Part shown: positions 24,799 to 36,026 of the stretch, one piece after another
Layout: each line of letters opens with the position of its first letter
Numbering within the stretch: the first letter of the stretch is position 1
NCBI GenBank assembly: GCA_001687465.1
Contig: LVLI01000517.1
Coordinates: forward strand, 1 to 64,000
Source of the DNA: Halocafeteria seosinensis
Lineage: Eukaryota
Direction of reading: 5' to 3'
Length of the DNA: 64,000 nucleotides
Translations under genes and position numbers: made by a program
Notes under the pieces: model-generated
Databases searched by the model: none
Seen by the model: only the letters and a program-made list of their open reading frames with translations
Told to the model about the DNA's origin: nothing

Positions 24799-25060
24799 AG
24801 TCGAGCCGTAGATCATCCGCCGCGCGCCGAGCGAAGTCTTCGCTGCTTGGGTACAATTGTATCCCTCCCGCTCTACAAGGCCCAAATTGTTCTTCTCATC
24901 GAAGTGGATAATTCTCTTGACCTTCCTGCTCCTATAATCCAGCATATATTGCGCGAATCCTTCAACCCCAAAGTCCAGACGTAGGCCCTCCGCGGACTGC
25001 CAAGTTGAATACACACACAAAACACTCGTCGACTTCCACTATCCTCCTCACCGGAAGTAC
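24799..25060 (-). pseudogene. Decayed tandem chromodomain-like coding remnant, continuing at ~20810-20901 across the MULE
   Basis: Reads LPVRRIVEVDE..STWQSAEGLRLDFGVEGFAQYM, then KVKRIIHFDEKNNLGLVEREGY..AADDLRLD, joined across the TSD to FGVVGFEKHMQVF; contains frameshifts. Confidence 0.5.
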
Positions 25061-26194
25061 TCCCTCAACATTGGGAGCGGACAATCCCTCCTCATTCAAT
25101 GCAGAGTATTCCACCGGCTCATCGTACACGGCGACAAATCCTCCAAAACATTCCACAATATCATTGCATGACTATCGTTGCTCCTTAAAGTGCAATGAAC
25201 GTGTAAGTTGCAGTTGCACTGTAATTGCGCAAATGGAGGTGGACGCTAACGAACCAGAACTAAGGCAGGGTAAATTGCGACGGCAGTATGTTCACGGGAT
25301 GACAAAAAGTTTCAACGAAGAAGACATGGACCACATAAGCCTATCGCATGGAGGATACCATCAACAGTTGCTCCCAGCAGAAGAGCAAATCAGCATCACG
25401 AAACCGGTGGTAGGATGCCGAAGAGGCCTCGACGTATGTGACTCACGAAGTTAGTCTGCTACAGGCCGTGTGAGGGGTGAGGTCCCTCAGGTGCCGCGAT
25501 GGTGAGGCGACGACATTTCCAAAACGATCAGTCACTGAGGTTAATACAATGGACCTTCTCGAGGTACTGATGTGGCCACATTCTGTCCTATCCAAGCTTC
25601 CTGCATTGTTCTCCATGTTGTGGTGTCACTAATGATCCGTTTCGCAAAAGAATAAGAATCTGTAAATATATAACCCAGTGCTGCTACAAAAAAAGAGGGA
25701 AAATTGCATCCACTGAATATAATAAGAGAAGTGCGTTACAGTCCTTCCCGCACCGGTTCGTGAGGACGCACTGTCCGTGAAAGACGTAATTCTTGAAACA
25801 ACCAAAGAGTGTGTAGGAAATCACCCTCCGAGAAAGTTACTGGTGGCTATACTGTTTTGCGGACCCTACAGTACCGAGGTACGCAGCAGCTGGCCTGAAG
25901 CAGGATGGAAAACCGAATGACGTTCACAACTAGCCCCGGCATGCTTTCAGTGACACTACAATGTATTTATTAGTTGATGATTCTGGAATTGGTGTTGATC
26001 TACTTGACTACTTGAATCGCAAGATGTGGAACAGGAAACAACTTAAAAGAAAGAGAAATCCAAACATCCATGATCTACACCGAAAGCGAAGCAGGATTTC
26101 GCACCTTCTGTGCTTTAAATTACTCGTGGCAAACCAGGTATCTTCTACCGTTGCATATTGCAAGCGTCTAATGATGTTACCCTTTGCTTAATGG

Positions 26195-27823
26195 CTACAA
26201 CATCGCACTACTTTCAGTTCTCACCATGCGAAAGGGCAGTTGTACGCGTAAGTGAACTACCTTCATCCTTTTAACTCCGTGAGGATATCGTCGAACGACG
26301 CTTTGAGGGTTATTTCGCAACTGCGGAAACAGTCGATCCGCAATGTCTCCACCACCCGGGACAAACCAGGTATCTTCTCTCCATCGATGATTCACCGTCG
26401 TATTGCCACCATTGCTAACAGATGCTTCATAAAGCTGACCTCTGATGTCATCAAGGTCTCCAGAGTTCCCTTCTTCGCTTAAAACCCATTTGATCGCTAC
26501 GTTCCATTTACCCACAATATATTGTGCACCTGTGTAACCACTGCTAGTAGAGTGCACAGAGTACGTCACCATGATGCTCTTGGCGTGTTGGTTAATATCT
26601 CCGATCATTACTGTTTGCTTTGGTGCAACTGATAACATGTATACTCGACTAATAAATAACTGTCCATTGGATCGCCCAGTCCTATCACCGCAAATTCCAC
26701 CTGCATTGTTTCCTACGTCCACAGTGCCTGTAGTATATGAGTCCTTTATTTCAACAGTGCCACTTTTGACTGCTGTGTTGCGTCCGGTGATACCACCGGC
26801 ACCAACCGCTAGGATGTCTCCCGTTGTGAAACACTCAGATATATGCACAAAACCATTCCACTTGCCACTAGCTATGCCTACGATCCCACCACTCCACTTG
26901 GAGCTGATATCTCCCGTTGAATGCGACCGCGCAATAAACGCAGATCCCTCCATACCAGCGAGACAACCAAATATACCTCCAGTTGAGGCTTGAAGGAGTT
27001 CACCTGAGGAGGAACTGCTACTTACGTTAGCAGTACCACCTCGACATCCAGCCGCCCGACCCAAAATACCGCCTCCACAATACCCCCGAATTCTTCCACT
27101 TGAGTGACATCTGCGTACTACGACATTACCATCCAAACAGCCACTCCGATATCCTGCAATACCACCACTGCCATCGCCGGAGATTTCCCCGGAACTGCTA
27201 CAAGAGTCGATTTTGAAGAACATTTGCCCACGGAGTACAATAAACCCGCCCTCCTCAGCAGTGGCTCCGTTACTTGTATGCACGTTCATGATTAGTGGAG
27301 CTTCCTCGAGGGTGGCGACTTCATTACTGACGCAGAATAAGCCATGAAAGGCAGTCATCCCGTCTAAGTGAATAGTGTAATTCTTGCCATCGAAGGTTTC
27401 GTTGGCTTTCAAGTTTATGCACCCACCATTTCCAAAACCTCGTTCCTTCCAATTAATGTCGCAGTTCTGTTCGAAACGTTGCAGCCTAGAGTCATATACA
27501 ATACATGATTCGTTCCCCCTTACGACTATTTCGCGTAAGTCGAGGTCTGCGTCGACGTTCCTCGTTGTCGCTCTTCCATAAAGTAGTGAAAATGTTTCGC
27601 ATATCAACAAGGATAGGAATATCGGTGAAATTGTTTGGTGGCGGCCAGATGTTGGGGAACTAGGTTTGCGAGAGGATCCGGAAGATTTTTGTCCAGCGAG
27701 ATCGGAACTCTCTCGCTGTAACGGCTCTCCGTGTGTTGCGGGTCGCGCACCGTAGCCACTGCCCACAAGGACATGGAAGACCGTGTGCAATAATGCGTTC
27801 ACCATTTGGGCAAGCCTGCACAT
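26195..27823 (-). CDS. Surface-receptor family copy D: divergent ectodomain only, no stalk/TM/tail
   Basis: 542-aa open ORF; hydrophobic IFLSLLICETFSLLYG; DLR start; DSCSSSG.I...GGI.G repeats; ends ~40 aa after FPQLR. Confidence 0.75.
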   Translation of the reverse strand: MCRLAQMVNALLHTVFHVLVGSGYGARPATHGEPLQRESSDLAGQKSSGSSRKPSSPTSGRHQTISPIFLSLLICETFSLLYGRATTRNVDADLDLREIVVRGNESCIVYDSRLQRFEQNCDINWKERGFGNGGCINLKANETFDGKNYTIHLDGMTAFHGLFCVSNEVATLEEAPLIMNVHTSNGATAEEGGFIVLRGQMFFKIDSCSSSGEISGDGSGGIAGYRSGCLDGNVVVRRCHSSGRIRGYCGGGILGRAAGCRGGTANVSSSSSSGELLQASTGGIFGCLAGMEGSAFIARSHSTGDISSKWSGGIVGIASGKWNGFVHISECFTTGDILAVGAGGITGRNTAVKSGTVEIKDSYTTGTVDVGNNAGGICGDRTGRSNGQLFISRVYMLSVAPKQTVMIGDINQHAKSIMVTYSVHSTSSGYTGAQYIVGKWNVAIKWVLSEEGNSGDLDDIRGQLYEASVSNGGNTTVNHRWREDTWFVPGGGDIADRLFPQLRNNPQSVVRRYPHGVKRMKVVHLRVQLPFRMVRTESSAML

Positions 27824-28708
27824 TACAAAACACAGCAGCGAGCGAACGCATAGTTAACACATCAGAAATACTCGGTTAACGTGTCAACGGCGTGTTGGCA
27901 CGATTCGTGTGCTTCTGATAGCAGGGGGATGGGCTCACTGTAACTAGACCCTTCCTATTTGGGCGCTAAAACGCTAAAACAGGGAACCCATATTCCTCAC
28001 TTGCCAAAAGTCATAATCTAATGGCACCCAACAGCCTTTGGCAACGACGCCAACCTTGAGGGTTGATGGTCGGTGGCTTTAGGAATTTCGATACTCAAAC
28101 ACATGATACCATACTGTATACCAACCCATTCTCGAGAAAAATCACTGTAAAACAGTGATGCATTAGCCAAATTGCAAATCCGCTTTTTCCGCCTCATTAT
28201 GGTTGTATGCCTCAATAGAATTGTCCCATCCACAAAATAACAAAAAAGGTACCAAGAGGAGATTTGGAGGAGAAGAAAAAGAGTTAGCGAAAAGCAGCCC
28301 TTCATCACATGGACTATTCAAAGGCATCGAGAGACATACCACAATTTAAATAAATTAATATAATTGTATGTGATTGAGAATTCGTTAAGCTAGACATACC
28401 CTGAAACACCGAATAAACAAAAACAGCTTGCGAGAGGAGTGGAATCAATGGATTCCTTGCCTTAATTCGGGAACCTCTGACTTTCCCTTCGTGAAGAAAC
28501 ACTTGGTGGGTTTGCTGCACAAAACTTCGAGTCTCTCATTTGCCACATACATAATGCAGGAGGATGTTTGGCACCTTATAAAAATTTTTTACACTTCGAG
28601 CCTATATACAGAATATTCACAAAGAAGCCTATAAAGCACCAAAACCGTCACTCAGGGTGGGTGGGACCCAAGTGGATTATGTAACCACATGGATATACAA
28701 TATGACAC

Positions 28709-28738
28709 AAAAAAAAAAAAAAAAAAGAAAAGAAAAAA
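28709..28738 (+). repeat. A-rich tract
   Basis: A18 followed by GAAAAGAAAAAA. Confidence 0.9.
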
Positions 28739-28870
28739 TGAGTGGATTATCAGGCATTGGCTGTGCGTATTGATTATGAGTATCTATGCATCTACAATAT
28801 TACGCGGTTCTACTGAAAACTCACTCACTACAGTGAATCAGTACTAAACACTGTCCTTCCCTTCGTATGT

Positions 28871-28967
28871 ATTATTTATGGCTACCGGCCAAGTGGAAAT
28901 GTAGTTGGAGGATCTTCACGCCGTCGAAGATCTCCCCCGGGCCCTCCTGCATTACTTACCCAGGCGC
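28871..28967 (+). repeat. Inverted fragment homologous to the 5' end of copy C
   Basis: ATTATTTATGGCTACC..TTCACGCCGTCGAAGATCTCCCCCGGGCCCTCCTGCATT matches the reverse complement of ~20731-20809. Confidence 0.75.
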
Positions 28968-29320
28968 TCTGTCCTTCTTGGTAAATCCCAGCATTCCCAT
29001 GATTCCAATCAACTGAACCTAAACATTCTATCTTCGTCCTCAACTCGCATGAACTTGATCTAAACCGTATCCGAGCATAACGAGTTATATCACTTGGCAG
29101 TTGGTGTCACTTCGCACCGGCATCAACTGAGACCTCCGTAGTCTTATTGCCAGTTTTCAGTTGCTGACTGGCGACTTTCAGTGGGTAAGAAAATTCTGTG
29201 CCATGCTGCAAAATTCACATCGTAAGTGTGAACTCCCCCGACTCTAAGCACGATCTCAGAGAGAATCCTCAGGATTGTGTCGCTTAGGTTGGGGAACAAG
29301 TTACTTCACACTAACGAGAG

Positions 29321-32300
29321 TCAAGATCCACAATAGTGCGATGGCAAAATAGGACCAAATTCCTTCTTCGAAACACCCGTACGAGCATTTTTCTCGCGTT
29401 TCGCCTTGGCCTCACGAACTAAAGCGTCACGATTTATTTGCCCCCGCTTGGCAAAATCCAGTTGAGCGACATGATTCTTAGGATTGCCTATCTGGCCGGA
29501 ATCACAGTTACTCTCGATTTCCAATTTTGATTCAGAAACATTTTCAGAGGCATTCACCGTCGGAGAAAAATCAAACTGGATCTCGACCAAGGGAGGCGGT
29601 TCTGCAAGTAACTTTGCCTTCCACTGACGTAGCTTCAGAACAGTCCGATCGAGACGACTCATATCGTCAGTGGATACGCTCGATGCCAGAGCCACCTTGA
29701 CTAATGCATTCCCTCTGACCGACTGTTTCCTTTCCATCGTAGTTAACTGCGGAGCCGACACCGAAACCACTCGGATCGTCTCGGGCTGATGTTTACGTGG
29801 TCCACTCAAATCAACGAACACTATCTGAGGCATAGCTTCCTTTGCAGCACAATAGGCAGACGGAATGTTTGAGTGCTGTATACCCTCACAGTTTTGGTCA
29901 GAGATAGCAGTGACAGGACGAGATCCTATACGTCGCTGCACGACTTTCTTTTGCTGGAGTGAAAACGTGTCCGAAGCTTGCTGTCTATCTCGCAAAGGAG
30001 CAAGGTACGTTGCACTGTTGGACCTTCCTTGAGAAGCGAGTGGATTTATGTGAGCTATTTTACAGTCTTGGGAGGCTCCCTTCGTACGTACATCAGATGA
30101 TCCATGCAGAGAGTCAGTCTCGCCGATCTCAGCGTACGTTCCAGCCCACGCCTGGTTAACAAGATTCATGTGATGGGCTTGAAATACCAGCCCTTCGTTG
30201 TTGGTCGTTTTCTCACCCGAAATTATTTGGAAATTACCGATCGGTATTCCCAGATGACTAGCATACATTGAGTTAGGACCATCATACGTTTTAGTCAGTC
30301 GAGTATTCCGTCGCCGTCGATACACAATAAAAGCTAGGCACATTACTCCAATGGCACCAAACATAGCACTGAGGATAACTCCAGTTATACCCGGCGCTGA
30401 ACTTCTTTCCGGATTTACGGGGCCCGCTATACCCTCATTCTTGATCGGCTCAGCGGTTGTGCTTACGCTCGCCGTGCTTCTACTATGCTTGGCTGAAGAA
30501 GGCGACATCGATGATGCAGAAGAGCTGGAGGTGGGTACGGCAGAATAGTTTACGTGGGGAGAAATACTCTTCACGGATTCCATCTTCGAGGGAGACGACG
30601 TTTGTGAACAGGTCACACTTGATGATGACTGCATGATAGTGGTTGAAGCTGTGGATGTCGGTCTTGTCGCTTCTTGCAACGGACTTTCCGTCCATAGTGA
30701 AGACGAATCTGTGGACGAGAATGAATTCGTTGCCGTTGGGACGATCGAACCTGTATTGGATTGTGTTGACATAATTGGAGTAGCTGGCGAAGTCGGTATG
30801 CTTGTCCCTGATCTAGTTCTGGTGGGTGTGATCAAACCAGTAATTGCGCTTGTTCCTGTGGGAGAACTCGATTGAATGTTGGAGAAAAACGCGGTTGGAG
30901 TTGGTGTAGATGATGTGCATGAATGAGAGCCAGTTTTCGTACTGGTCACAGTCGCGGCAGTAGTCGGACTACCGGTAGTTGTAGGTGTTGCTGAAGCTGT
31001 GGCAGACACAGTATGAGAAGAAGTGGTGACGGTGGGAGATCGACTAACCGAACGGAAAGAACTGGGACTCGGACTAGCAGAACGAGTGCCGGTCGTCGTT
31101 GGTGATAATGAGGGACTACCTGTACTTGAGATTGAACCGCTGGCGGTAGATGTTGCAGTCGACGTGCCAGTTTCGCTTTGCGTAGGAGACGATGAAGACG
31201 TCGACGAAATACTAGCAGTGGCTGAGTTTGAAGGAGACGGGGTCATCGATCTTGTTGCTGGGATAGAACCACTCGCCGTACTACTAGGTGTCGCTGTTGG
31301 GCTTGCAGATGCACTGGCACTAGGTGGCAGCCGGAAGCGCAAGATTGGTAGGTCCTGTTCGCCGTCATCTTCTTCTCTGCCTAGAGCCCATACGTCATCC
31401 GACCAGGCCCCCAGTTGATACAGTTGTCCACGTATGTCGGCTAAATCATCTGAATTGTTTATCTCGACGACGTTATTTCCATCATCCGCTCCTACGATCG
31501 ACGCTGCTCCATTGCCATCGTATACCGAGTTTTTCACGTGAATTGTCCCATTGTTTTCATTCAATATAGTTCCTATAATCCCTCCAGCATTAGTACCAGT
31601 GACTGCGCCTGCTGTGTATGTATTCGTGATGTATACATCACCTGATTGCCCCCCTGTGTTTGCTCCTGTAATACCTCCTGCTCTGTGGCCCATAATATCT
31701 CCCCGAGAATAACAATCTATAATATGTACTTCACCCTCATTTTCAGCTGTATCCCCTCCACTAATCCCTCCACTATAATCTGCAAATATTTGTCCCATAC
31801 TATAGCATTCCTTGACATAAACGATTGCACTGTCAAAACCAGCATTACGACCTACAATACCACCTCTGTATCGACCACCAAGACTAACATGTCCTGTGGA
31901 ATAGGAACGCGTTAGATATACTCTGCCATTCGTGTGGCCAGCAGCATTACCACAAAGACCACCTGCACCCCACCCTTCAATATTCCCAGTCGAATAACAA
32001 TCCGTGATATTAGCAGTCCCATGACTGAATCCTACTTGGTTTCCTGCGATACCACCTGCAAGTGACCCCAGTATTCTCCCTGCCGAAGACGAACTCGAAA
32101 TCTTTATTTGACCGCCATTGCGTCCACTTCGATGACCGCATATTCCACCACCCTTGTTCCCAGCAATATCTCCCGACGAGCTGCAGGAATCTATTATAAA
32201 GAATGTTTGCTCTTGTTGGACGATAAATCCACTCTTTTCTGCAGTTGCTCCATTCCAAACATCAAGATTCTGAATCAAAGGAGCTTGATCAAACGACTTC

Positions 32301-34146
32301 ACATTGGTCGATATTCTAAACAGTCCCGCGAACTTCGAAATACCACTCAAATCAATGATATTTCCCTCTTCGCGTCCTCCGTCAAACAGCTCATTCTCAT
32401 TCAAGGTGATGTAATCGTTATTCGTGTAGCCATGGCTTTTCCAAGTTAGCCTACTGCAGTTTAGCTTAAGCAAATTCCGTTCGGGAGTATAGGTAAAGCA
32501 TCTCTCGGAGCCATTTATAATTGCGTCTCGTAAATCTCTGGGTAATGAGCTCGGACTCGGAGCTATTGTAGCTGTGATTGATGGAGTCCGAGTTGGAGAT
32601 GGACTGAAGGAGATGCTAGGTGTGCTCGTCAGGGTCGGTGTGGCTGTAGGGCTGACAGTTGGAGTTAATTGAAACCGCAAGATCGGTAGTTGCTCCTCCA
32701 CACTGCTGCCTCCATCTAGAGCCCATACGTCATCAGACCATTCTCCAACTGGATATAGTTGTCCATGTATGTCTGTCAAATCATCTGAGTTTCCTGTCGG
32801 AGTAAGACGGTTGCCATCATCCACTCCTACGATCGACGCTGCTCCTCCATTTCCATTGTATACTGAGTATTTCACGTGGATTGTACCACTTGCTTCACTT
32901 AATATAGATCCTATAGTACCGCCAGCATCCGTACCAGTGACTGCACCTGATGCATATGTATTTGTGACGTAGACATCACCTGTAGCCCAACCTGCTCGCC
33001 CTCCTGTCTGGTCTCCTGTAATACCCCCGGCTTCTTGGCCACTGATATCTCCTCGTGTATAACAATCTATGATGTGTACTTTACCGCCATTGTGCGCAAT
33101 TTCACCACCAGTGATCCCTCCACTATTTTGCGCAGATATTAGTCCTATACTATAACATTCCTTGATGTAAACGAGTCCATTAACAGTACCAGCACCAGCA
33201 CCCACAATGCCGCCACTTCCGGCGCCCGGGGCCCCCCCTAGCAGATTTCCAGTGGAATAGGAACGAGTAATATACACTTTTCCACTAGATTCACCAGCAT
33301 TACCCCCGCAAACACCACCTGCCCCTACTCCTTGAATAGTCCCAGTGGAATAACAATGCGTGATATTGACAATTCCATGGTTGAATCCGACTCGACTCCC
33401 TACAATACCACCGCTCCACGCACCGTTTATCATCCCTGTCGAATAAGAATTCGATATCTTGATGTGGCCTCCAGAGCTGACACCACTTTCATGACCACAT
33501 ATACCACCAGAGTTGCTGCCTGCAATATCTCCGGAGGAGCTACATGAGTCTACGATAAAGAATTTCTGGTGTTGTTGGACAATGAATCCGCCCGAGATTG
33601 CAGTTTCCCCATTCCTAACAACAAGATTCTGAATCAAAGGAGCTCGGTCAAACGACGCAACACTGACCATTACCTTAAATAGTCCTTTGAAATCTGTCAT
33701 TCCATGCAAGTCAATTATGTGCCCATTCTGCCGACCACCATCAAATTTCTCATTCGCATCCAACGAGATGTAGTCTTGATGCGTATAACCATGATCACCC
33801 CATGCCAACACACTACAATTCATTTCAAACCGCCGCTGAAGCGATGCATAATGAAAGCACGGTTCAGTTCCGTTTAGAATCGCATGTCGTAAATCTCTTG
33901 CTAAAGCAAGAGAACTAGAGCAATAAAGGGACACAGCCAAAAGGATGGCAATTCCACGCTCTGCTGCAGTTACAACACATGCACAAATACAAGCATGTCA
34001 AAAAACAAAAAAACAAAAAAAAGAGCAGCATGTTGAAACTTACTTTGTCGTCCTCGATACCCTCTTGTAGGGTCTTTTCTCGGGAAGGGGCGGCAAGAAG
34101 TTGCAGGTCTGCAACTCGATACTTTGGTGGCGTTTTCACGCAGCAT
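29321..34146 (-). CDS. Surface-receptor family copy E, two ectodomain modules, intact; probable 5' exon ~34044-34146
   Basis: 1539-aa ORF 29321-33940 with two DLR...LPILRF modules, stalk, TM and tail. Upstream GTAAGT donor (34043), T-rich tract and CAGCAG acceptor (33964/33961) join in frame to GIAILLAVSLYCSSSLALA. Confidence 0.85.
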
Positions 34147-34999
34147 CGTCGAACGTCTCCTGCAACACAGACACATCAGTACTAATGATGTGCATACGTG
34201 GCCTCATGAGACTTACCCCTTTGTTTGCGGCGGACCGCTGCCGCCAACGGCGTTGAATATCTTCCCCATGGTACAATGTACCCTTAGCCTTGTGTTGGAA
34301 AAAAGGCTTTTGACGATACAGCAGCAGATACCCGTTAAGCTGGTGCTGCTGGGTAGTTTTGAAAGAGTACTCCAAGCTTGGGAATAGCGTCTCGTACGAT
34401 TCGTACGGTACGAACAAGGCGGGGTGAAGGGTCCTGCCCTTTGGATTACATATGATGAAGGGATGGGTGGCTACAAAGCCAACACGGGGACAGCTGAAAC
34501 AAATAAAGCGTCTCTAGTGAATTCTAAGAAAGAGTTGCTAAGTGCATTTTCGACAATACACTCGAAATCGAGACTAGTATAGCTAGCCCCGTAAACCTGA
34601 CAGACTGGCTACATGCAAGTTGCAAACGATTCATGAAAACATAGCAACAAGTGTGCTTCATTTAATACATAGGGGAGTATCAATGCAAGTTACACAAGCA
34701 TCAATCAAATCCCGTCACACAGCTTGGAGAGTTTCCTACAATTTCAGGTGTCACCCAGGGTTTTTCAAGCTTCGATTCCGCCGAAGTCTGCCTGAAGAGA
34801 ACGCGGTATTGGTTCTTCCCCGTAAGAAGCTTGGTGCTTCGGGGCGCGATGGCAATCGGACGCTTGGCGTTATTAATAATTCGGAATTATCAAAACCCGA
34901 GGAATCTTGTAAGTACTGGTTTGAGATTACAGAAGCTGAGGCCGGTCCCGATGTACTTGCATAGTCGCTGTCATGGGACTGCAAGTCCCTTGTTTAAGA

Positions 35000-35825
35000 A
35001 TGTGATGGCGAAACAGGACGGAATTCCTCCTTTGTGCAACAACACTGCTCACGTTTCGCCTCCGTGGTATCACGACGTGAGAACCTCTAGCAGAGCAGCA
35101 CGATCCTTGGGAGTGTGTGCATGGCCGGTATCACATTTGCTCATTTGCTAACTAGACCTCAACCAAACCACGGGAGGTGGTTCAGCGAGTAACTTCGCCT
35201 TCCATACGCGCAACCTCAACAATGTCCGATGATATCGTCAGTGCATACGTTGGATACTAAAACTACCTTTATGATCCCATTCCCAGTACTCAACCGCGGG
35301 GTCATAGCGGATTTTTCCCGACTGATGCTTATGTTTTCCATTCAAGTCTATCAACATCACTTGCGGCTGGGACAACGATTGGCCGGGCAAATCAGCCTCA
35401 GGTCTACTCTCGAAAGTCGAATCATACTAGTGGACATCCCATCAGAAACAGCGATAACAGGTGGAGATCCTTTTCGCAGCTGCAACGCTTTCTTCTGCTT
35501 GTAAGAGAGCCTCTGAGATGTCTGCTCCCTGTCTCCCGAAAGACCAATGCAAGTTGCACTGCTGAAAGCCCCCACTCTAGCTAAGCGGATTTATATATCT
35601 CTGGGTACATCCTTCGGGTACACGTTCGAACCATGAGGGGGGCTGGCCTCACTAGCATCAACGCCAGTGTTCGTCAATTCCTGCTGAGCAAGATTCGAGA
35701 GATGGGCTTGGAACGACGCTCCCGGGTCTTTACTATTTGACATTATATGAAAATTGGTGAGGGGTATACCCAGTTGAATAGCAAACAAGGACTTGGGATC
35801 GTCATACGTTGTTGCTAGCCGAAGC
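35000..35825 (-). pseudogene. Relic of the family cytoplasmic-tail region
   Basis: Fragments TYDDPKSLFAIQLGIPL, LRLRVWKAKLLAEPPP and KEEFRPVSPSH, with deletions and frameshifts. Confidence 0.8.
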
Positions 35826-36026
35826 TGGATCAGTTGGCACAATAGAATAGTTGAGCAGATGGGTCCTCAGTCAACAGTCGTGTTTGCCAACGTCAAATAT
35901 GCCTTCTGACTCTGGGGCATCATGCCCCATGGCGCTTCACGGCTGGGTACCACTATTGGGAAATCGTGGCTGCAGACGAAAGTGACGACGACTACATGTA
36001 GCGCCCTGGGCAATGACCCACGAGAG

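Noticed and set aside
24866..24875. 10-bp match (TCCCGCTCTA) to the TIR terminus outside the element
   Set aside because: Too short and without a TSD; the true end is fixed by the TSD at 24799-24807.
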